Position numbers and translations under genes: made by a program. A DNA stretch of 3,361 nt from the IMG/VR virus record IMGVR_UViG_2703718871_000023; one strand, written 5' to 3'. This document shows positions 1-3,361 of this stretch, piece after piece. Numbering within the stretch: position 1 is the stretch's first letter; every line of letters begins with the position of its first letter. Under the pieces are notes generated by a model. It was given only the letters and a program-made list of their open reading frames with translations, was not told where the DNA came from and searched no databases. The stretch comes from a virus. Its lineage: Duplodnaviria; Heunggongvirae; Uroviricota; Caudoviricetes.

Positions 1-79
1 TTATTTTTTTTGTTTATTGCTTACCTATTTTCTCTCATAAAAAATGCTCTCGAACGATAACGAACGAGGGCGTTTTTAT

Positions 80-304
80 ATGAACCAACTCAAACAATCG
101 CAATCACTATCAGATCGCGTAATCCGTGAGGATGAATGCCGTAAGTTAACTGGAGTGTGCCGCACTACACGTTACGAACTGGAGAAAAAAGGGCGCTTTC
201 CGTCACGTCTTAATCTGGGCGGTCGTTCTGTAGGGTGGCTGCTGTCCGAGGTTATGGAATGGGTTAAAAGCAGGGATCGTATTAATTCAGGTAAGGCAGC
301 GTAG
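80..304 (+). CDS. alpA: AlpA-family phage regulatory protein (Vis/excisionase-like winged-HTH DNA binding protein), 74 aa
   Basis: Translation MNQLKQSQSLSDRVIREDECRKLTGVCRTTRYELEKKGRFPSRLNLGGRSVGWLLSEVMEWVKSRDRINSGKAA has the AlpA/Vis layout I recall: TG..R.T.Y helix-turn-helix, then FP...LG.RSVGW...E...W near the C-terminus, at the typical ~70 aa size. I chose ATG 80 over the ORF-track start at 44 because GAGGG (66-70) lies 9 nt upstream of 80, while ATG 44 has no Shine-Dalgarno. Family assignment is from memory, not a search. Confidence 0.85.
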   Translation: MNQLKQSQSLSDRVIREDECRKLTGVCRTTRYELEKKGRFPSRLNLGGRSVGWLLSEVMEWVKSRDRINSGKAA

Positions 305-320
305 GGGGAACATATGACAC

Positions 321-350
321 ATAAAACAAAGGCGACCTGGGGCGGTCGCC
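321..350 (-). terminator. Rho-independent terminator for the minus-strand transcript (GC-rich hairpin followed by a U-tract on the minus strand)
   Basis: Plus strand reads GGCGACC (331-337), TGGGGC (338-343), GGTCGCC (344-350): a 7-bp stem with 6 GC pairs and a 6-nt loop. On the minus strand the hairpin is followed by TTTGTTTTAT (complement of 321-330). On the plus strand it is followed by AATGGGAAAACAC with no U-tract, so it looks unidirectional. It sits about 90 nt past the stop of the minus-strand gene 442-624. Confidence 0.6.
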
Positions 351-397
351 AATGGGAAAACACTAAACATAAGCCCGAACATCATAGCGATTTGCTG

Positions 398-437
398 GCT
401 GGTGGGCAATGTGCTCAGTGTGCTGGCTTGCTGGTGG
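398..437 (+). other. Two tandem Chi octamers (5'-GCTGGTGG-3') in non-coding DNA, embedded in an imperfect direct repeat
   Basis: Exact GCTGGTGG at 398-405 and 430-437, same orientation, 32 bp apart, inside the repeat GCTGGCTGGTGG (394-405) / GCTGGCTTGCTGGTGG (422-437). They lie between the stop of the minus gene (442) and its terminator. Whether they act as Chi sites depends on the host being E. coli-like. Confidence 0.5.
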
Positions 438-441
438 ACTA

Positions 442-624
442 TCAGCCTTTTGGTTCTATGCCTTCTTTGCGTAGCTTGTCACGACAGGCATTTTTAACCC
501 ATGAACTGAAATTACCAGGCCCAGCAACTTCGTTAATTTGTTGCAACAATGTGTCTTCGAAGCGGATGTTTTTCTTTGTGCTGCCAGAGCGATCAAATTT
601 TGGTTTCTCATTTTTTTCTTGCAT
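442..624 (-). CDS. Small basic YlcI/YnfO-like (DUF3950-like) protein, 60 aa; possible small DNA-binding regulator
   Basis: Translation MQEKNEKPKFDRSGSTKKNIRFEDTLLQQINEVAGPGNFSSWVKNACRDKLRKEGIEPKG is protein-like and matches the pattern I recall for prophage YlcI/YnfO proteins (basic N-terminus, KNIRF...I, then G.GNFS.WV..ACR..L). An in-frame TAA lies 5 codons upstream of the single ATG. It has its own terminator (321-350). The RBS is weak (GGTGG about 9 nt upstream). The overlapping plus-strand frame translates to low-complexity sequence. Family name is from memory. Confidence 0.65.
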   Translation of the reverse strand: MQEKNEKPKFDRSGSTKKNIRFEDTLLQQINEVAGPGNFSSWVKNACRDKLRKEGIEPKG

Positions 625-646
625 TGGTACGTACCACCGTTATAAA
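619..646 (+). promoter_or_regulatory. Candidate sigma70-type promoter for the rightward operon (-35 TTGCAT, 16-bp spacer, -10 TATAAA)
   Basis: TTGCAT at 619-624 and TATAAA at 641-646 with a 16-bp spacer that is filled by palindrome copy 1. The predicted start near 653 would put palindrome copy 2 just downstream. The -35 match is weak and this is a by-eye call only. Confidence 0.3.
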
Positions 647-670
647 CTGAAACCCAATGGTACGTACCAT
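625..670. promoter_or_regulatory. Pair of identical perfect palindromes TGGTACGTACCA; candidate operator sites between the divergent minus gene and the plus-strand operon
   Basis: TGGTACGTACCA at 625-636 and 658-669, each its own reverse complement. The second extends to a 14-bp perfect palindrome ATGGTACGTACCAT (657-670). Centres are 33 bp apart. Copy 1 abuts the start codon of the minus gene and lies in the spacer of a candidate rightward promoter. The motif is directly observed; the operator role is inference. Confidence 0.55.
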
Positions 671-769
671 ATTGAAGATACGCAACCATTAAATACAGCG
701 AAGCCCCGCAGTGGTGGAACACTCGCAGGGCTTCTAACCACCAACGATAGCAACAGTATCGAGGTAGCT

Positions 770-970
770 ATGAGAAATCATACCACACACCCGCAAGGGC
801 GGGACTTGCACAACCTGAATAAATTCACCTGGCGTTTTATCGCCCTGAGCACGGCACAACCGCGCGTGATTACCATTGAGGCCACCAGCGAACAGGAAGC
901 ACGCCAGCAATCCCCGGCTGGCTGCGTGATGCTATTCGCTGCCCGTATTCGCCAGGGGGTAGGCTTATGA
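770..970 (+). CDS. Small protein, 66 aa, first gene of the operon; possibly Icd-like host cell division inhibitor family (tentative)
   Basis: ATG 770 is preceded by GAGGT (761-765). The stop TGA 968-970 overlaps the next start ATG 967-969 (ATGA coupling). Translation MRNHTTHPQGRDLHNLNKFTWRFIALSTAQPRVITIEATSEQEARQQSPAGCVMLFAARIRQGVGL recalls Icd-like proteins of P4-like prophages (F.WRF.A ... E.EAR ... FAAR), from memory and unverified. The ORF track reports this frame open from 314, but the upstream part looks non-coding. Confidence 0.5.
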   Translation: MRNHTTHPQGRDLHNLNKFTWRFIALSTAQPRVITIEATSEQEARQQSPAGCVMLFAARIRQGVGL

Positions 971-1200
971 GCCAGGAAATCACACTACAACAGGCAGCAG
1001 AACGCGCCCACCAAATCGAAGTTATTTGCGCACTGGCAGAGGATTACCCTGGCATGATGACCGACAGCGAATCAGGGGCAATCATCGGCTTACTTAAACG
1101 CCTTAGCGGTGAGGTCTGCGTATTCCTGAGCGATGAACAGGAAAGAAGAACGCTTATTTCTAACGAAAAAAAATGCGGAGGGGTACACCATGTGCAATAA
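967..1200 (+). CDS. Hypothetical small acidic protein, 77 aa
   Basis: ATG 967 has GGGGG (955-959) 7 nt upstream. It is start/stop coupled to the ORF before it (ATGA) and overlaps the next gene by 11 nt. Translation MSQEITLQQAAERAHQIEVICALAEDYPGMMTDSESGAIIGLLKRLSGEVCVFLSDEQERRTLISNEKKCGGVHHVQ. No family recognised. It carries an A8 tract (1166-1173) near its 3' end. Confidence 0.5.
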   Translation: MSQEITLQQAAERAHQIEVICALAEDYPGMMTDSESGAIIGLLKRLSGEVCVFLSDEQERRTLISNEKKCGGVHHVQ

Positions 1201-1411
1201 CATCCGTCCGGACGCAGCCGCCGCCGCACTCACTACGCTGATGCACGCGCTTATTGATATTGAATGCACGGCAGAGCTTGCACAAAAGGAAGAACGGGAG
1301 GAATACACATTGTTCGCCCTGGAATGTATCCGATACACCGCCACGCGGTCGCTGAATGACGCTAAAAATATTCTTGTTGCAGATTGTGAAAATGGGGGGG
1401 GTTATGCGTGA
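1190..1411 (+). CDS. Hypothetical small protein, 73 aa
   Basis: ATG 1190 has a strong Shine-Dalgarno GGAGGGG (1177-1183) 6 nt upstream. The ORF-track start at 1133 has no RBS and would overlap the upstream gene by 68 nt. Translation MCNNIRPDAAAAALTTLMHALIDIECTAELAQKEEREEYTLFALECIRYTATRSLNDAKNILVADCENGGGYA. No family recognised. A G8 tract (1394-1401) sits at its 3' end. Confidence 0.5.
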   Translation: MCNNIRPDAAAAALTTLMHALIDIECTAELAQKEEREEYTLFALECIRYTATRSLNDAKNILVADCENGGGYA

Positions 1412-1637
1412 TGATCGTTTTAATTCCCTGAAACAAGAATTTTCCGGCGTTCCTGATGATGCGGCTGATGCGCTTTCGTCAATGCCAGAACTTATTAGAG
1501 CGGCTTTTTTCTTACTTTCCACGAGAGAATATAAATCAACGGGGCTTGATGTACTGAATATCGCCGCCGATTATGCGGAATATGTGGCAGAGGCGCGTTA
1601 CAGAAGAAAATTTCCTGAGGATGTAAGCCATGCGTGA
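1404..1637 (+). CDS. Hypothetical small protein, 77 aa
   Basis: ATG 1404 lies just after the G-run 1394-1401, which can act as a Shine-Dalgarno, and overlaps the upstream stop by 8 nt (ATGCGTGA). In-frame ATG 1392 is an alternative start. Translation MRDDRFNSLKQEFSGVPDDAADALSSMPELIRAAFFLLSTREYKSTGLDVLNIAADYAEYVAEARYRRKFPEDVSHA. No family recognised. Confidence 0.5.
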   Translation: MRDDRFNSLKQEFSGVPDDAADALSSMPELIRAAFFLLSTREYKSTGLDVLNIAADYAEYVAEARYRRKFPEDVSHA

Positions 1638-1863
1638 TATTTACCACGAAACAACAGAACGCGTATTTCTTGCACTTTCTCACAGTGAAAACATGCTGGA
1701 AATATTGCGCATATGGCTTGAAACACTTGGCGACAATGAACGCGACAAACAAAAATCAAGAATTGTCACGGCATTAATAACGCTTCTTGAGCCTGTAATA
1801 ATGGAACTACAAGAAATAGAGACATTGCACGACAGATATAACGAACAGCACACCGGAGAATAA
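1630..1863 (+). CDS. Hypothetical small protein, 77 aa
   Basis: ATG 1630 overlaps the upstream stop with the same ATGCGTGA junction seen at 1404. GAGGA (1616-1620) lies upstream. Translation MRDIYHETTERVFLALSHSENMLEILRIWLETLGDNERDKQKSRIVTALITLLEPVIMELQEIETLHDRYNEQHTGE, predicted mostly helical. No family recognised. Confidence 0.55.
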   Translation: MRDIYHETTERVFLALSHSENMLEILRIWLETLGDNERDKQKSRIVTALITLLEPVIMELQEIETLHDRYNEQHTGE

Positions 1864-1868
1864 AAATA

Positions 1869-2168
1869 ATGAAACTTAAATATTCTGGCTTAACTGCCAG
1901 TGGCAACACTCACCCTAAATTTACGCGCGGTGATATTTACCGCGACCAGTACGGCGGTACGGTAATGATTAAGGGCGTGGCGGGACGGTGCGTAACTTAC
2001 CGCCGTGAAGGTTACGAATATGATTGCGTGATGCCTGTTTATCAGTTCCGGCGTGATTTTTCTCTGGTACAGACCGCGCCGCATAACGTGCCCACCAGCA
2101 GGGAGAAAGCACGCGCCAATATTCAGAAGATGAAAAACATGATTAACGGATTCAGGGGCAAGAAATGA
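1869..2168 (+). CDS. Small protein, 99 aa, possibly DUF4222-like (tentative)
   Basis: ATG 1869 with GGAG (1855-1858) upstream. Its stop TGA 2166-2168 overlaps the ATPase start ATG 2165-2167. Translation MKLKYSGLTASGNTHPKFTRGDIYRDQYGGTVMIKGVAGRCVTYRREGYEYDCVMPVYQFRRDFSLVQTAPHNVPTSREKARANIQKMKNMINGFRGKK. The core (YRD...G.V.I.GV.GR.V.Y.R.GYE..CV.P...F) resembles what I recall of enterobacterial prophage DUF4222 proteins; unverified. Confidence 0.6.
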   Translation: MKLKYSGLTASGNTHPKFTRGDIYRDQYGGTVMIKGVAGRCVTYRREGYEYDCVMPVYQFRRDFSLVQTAPHNVPTSREKARANIQKMKNMINGFRGKK

Positions 2169-3361
2169 AAAGCGCACCGAACTTAAAAAAACAGCCTTAC
2201 GACAAGATGACCGAAGTCATCATTTTTGCGGGTAGTGATGCGTGGGCACATGCGAAACAGTGGCAGGAACAGGACGGGCGACTGGCTGGCGATAATGTGC
2301 CTCCCATTGTGCTGGCTGATGATCAACTGGATGAACTGGCAGACCTGAGAATCATCGACGAGGGGCGCTATTGTGTCCGGCTGTACAAGGCAGGCCACAT
2401 CAGGCCATCAAATATTAATGCCATTGCGCACAAGCTGGCGGCGGCGGGCGTAACTGATGCGAATTATTACCCCGAAGGGATACACAGCCAGAAGCGGGAG
2501 AACTGGCGCGAATATCTGGAACGGGAGCGGGGGAAAAAGCCAGGGGAAGAACACCACCAGCGAAAAACCACGCTACCGATGAGCGTTGGATCTGCCGGAT
2601 ACGACACGCAATTAGATTACGTGGTAAAGGGGATTATTCCGGCATCGTCGCTTTGCAGCATATACGGGGCGAGCGGTTCCTATAAATCATTCCTTGCGGG
2701 TTCGTGGGCGTGTCACGTTTCCACGGGCCGCCAGTGGGGAGGCCGCAGGGTGGCGCATGGCGCTGTTCTCTATGTGGTTGGTGAAGGCGGTATCGGCGTT
2801 CCGCGTCGTGTAAAAGCCTGGGAGGTTGTGCACGGTGAGCAGGTGAAAAATCTGTATCTGGTAAACCGTCCCATCTTTCCGGCGGTCCCGCTTGATGTTG
2901 ATGAAATGGTTATCGCTGCCCGTCAGGTGGAGCGGGAAACGGGTAAACCTGTACGCATGATTATTCTGGATACGCTGGCGCGTTGCTTTGGTGGGAATGA
3001 TGAAAATGATTCCCGTGATATGGGGGCGTTTATCCGTGGTTGTGACGAACTGAAACGACGCACAGGGGCCACGGTGCTGGTGGTTCACCATTCCGGCAAG
3101 GATGAGACGAAAGGCGCGCGCGGTTCCAGTGCATTTCGTGCATCACTGGATGCTGAATACCGGATACGCAGGGAGGACGCAGGAAGCGAAGCGCTGGTTA
3201 TCTCATGCACCAAAATGAAGGACGCGGAGGAACTCAAAGAGGCTGCCTATGATTTGCGGGTGGTGGAGCTTTTTACCGACGCTGACGGGGAGTTAATCAC
3301 GTCGCTGGTGGTGGTGGATAAGCCGCGCCCTCCCGTTGAACTGGAGCGCATCGAGGAGGCA
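2165..3361 (+). CDS. RecA-fold replication ATPase (AAA_25 / RepA-like helicase-type domain), probable satellite replication or primase-associated protein; 3' end truncated by the window (399 codons, no stop)
   Basis: The frame is open from ATG 2165 (AGGGG 6 nt upstream) to the last base of the window, which is why the stop-delimited ORF track does not list it. Motifs: P-loop-like IYGASGSYKSFLAG (2660-2700), Walker-B-like MIILDTLA (2957-2980), and VLVVHHSGKDETKGARGSSAFRASLDAEYRIRRE, which resembles the RepA/AAA_25 sensor region. The first ~160 aa are an unassigned N-terminal region. Confidence 0.85.
   Translation, partial: MKSAPNLKKQPYDKMTEVIIFAGSDAWAHAKQWQEQDGRLAGDNVPPIVLADDQLDELADLRIIDEGRYCVRLYKAGHIRPSNINAIAHKLAAAGVTDANYYPEGIHSQKRENWREYLERERGKKPGEEHHQRKTTLPMSVGSAGYDTQLDYVVKGIIPASSLCSIYGASGSYKSFLAGSWACHVSTGRQWGGRRVAHGAVLYVVGEGGIGVPRRVKAWEVVHGEQVKNLYLVNRPIFPAVPLDVDEMVIAARQVERETGKPVRMIILDTLARCFGGNDENDSRDMGAFIRGCDELKRRTGATVLVVHHSGKDETKGARGSSAFRASLDAEYRIRREDAGSEALVISCTKMKDAEELKEAAYDLRVVELFTDADGELITSLVVVDKPRPPVELERIEEA

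Noticed and set aside
44-79. ATG 44 as the alpA start (86-aa version)
   Set aside because: No Shine-Dalgarno precedes ATG 44, while GAGGG lies 9 nt upstream of ATG 80, and 74 aa matches the usual AlpA size. The longer form cannot be excluded.
1-79. Sigma70 promoter for alpA in the AT-rich upstream region
   Set aside because: I could not place a -35/-10 pair with acceptable spacing; the candidates (TTGCTT 17-22, CATAAA 36-41, GATAAC 56-61) have wrong spacer lengths. The promoter may lie upstream of the window. The T8 run at 4-11 might be the tail of an upstream terminator, but no hairpin is visible.
331-350. Hairpin as the terminator of alpA (plus strand)
   Set aside because: On the plus strand the stem is followed by AATGGGAAAACAC with no U-tract. 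The U-tract is on the minus-strand side, so I assigned it to the minus-strand gene.
172-363. 63-aa minus-strand ORF antisense to alpA
   Set aside because: It is antisense to a well-supported gene, runs through the terminator hairpin, and has an unconvincing Pro/Arg/Ser-rich translation.
456-722. 88-aa minus-strand ORF
   Set aside because: It overlaps the 442-624 gene in another frame and spans both operator palindromes. Its translation is dominated by palindrome-derived and low-complexity sequence, and it has no RBS.
314-970. 218-aa plus-strand ORF from the six-frame track as a single CDS
   Set aside because: The first ~150 codons translate to low-complexity, Cys/Phe-rich sequence, run across the terminator hairpin (331-350), the tandem Chi repeat and both palindromes, and are antisense to a far more protein-like minus-strand ORF. 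Only the last 66 codons (770-970) have an RBS and stop/start coupling, so only those were kept.
1133-1189. ATG 1133 as the start of the third operon gene (92-aa version)
   Set aside because: It has no Shine-Dalgarno and would overlap the upstream gene by 68 nt, whereas ATG 1190 has a strong GGAGGGG RBS. The open frame upstream of 1190 matters only for the homopolymer-fusion hypothesis.
2165-2650. Toprim or primase domain in the N-terminal ~160 aa of the ATPase
   Set aside because: I could not find the ordered toprim motifs (hydrophobic strand-Glu, then DxD) or any primase zinc-binding motif by eye. The region is left unassigned.
1044-3091. Minus-strand ORFs inside the operon and ATPase gene (1044-1229, 1090-1344, 1160-1522, 1495-1752, 1890-2177, 2183-2398, 2687-3091)
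   Set aside because: All are antisense to plus-strand genes that have RBSs and start/stop coupling. Their translations look like typical antisense shadow ORFs and none has a credible start context.
1-3361. tRNA, rRNA, CRISPR array, IS element or att site
   Set aside because: No cloverleaf-like sequence, no repeat-spacer array, and no terminal inverted repeats or transposase-like ORF are present. The integrase and att site expected for this kind of element would lie outside the window.

Overview
This 3.36 kb window looks like the early regulatory and replication module of a P4-like satellite or PICI-type integrative element in an enterobacterial genome. Nothing here was checked against a database; family names come from reading the translations and motifs, and from memory of those families. 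Layout: an AlpA-family regulator gene (80-304, +); a convergent minus-strand gene for a small basic YlcI/YnfO-like protein (442-624) with its own intrinsic terminator (321-350); a control region with two identical perfect palindromes TGGTACGTACCA 33 bp apart (625-670); a tightly coupled plus-strand operon of six small ORFs (770-2168); and a RecA-fold AAA_25/RepA-like ATPase gene that runs off the window end (2165-3361, no stop). I found no rRNA, tRNA, CRISPR array, IS element or att site. The strongest candidate for something undescribed is the palindrome-controlled operon of uncharacterised small proteins; I cannot confirm novelty from sequence alone. Other points worth a second look: two tandem Chi octamers in non-coding DNA, 8-nt homopolymers at two gene junctions, and a Tyr replacing the conserved Gly in the ATPase P-loop.
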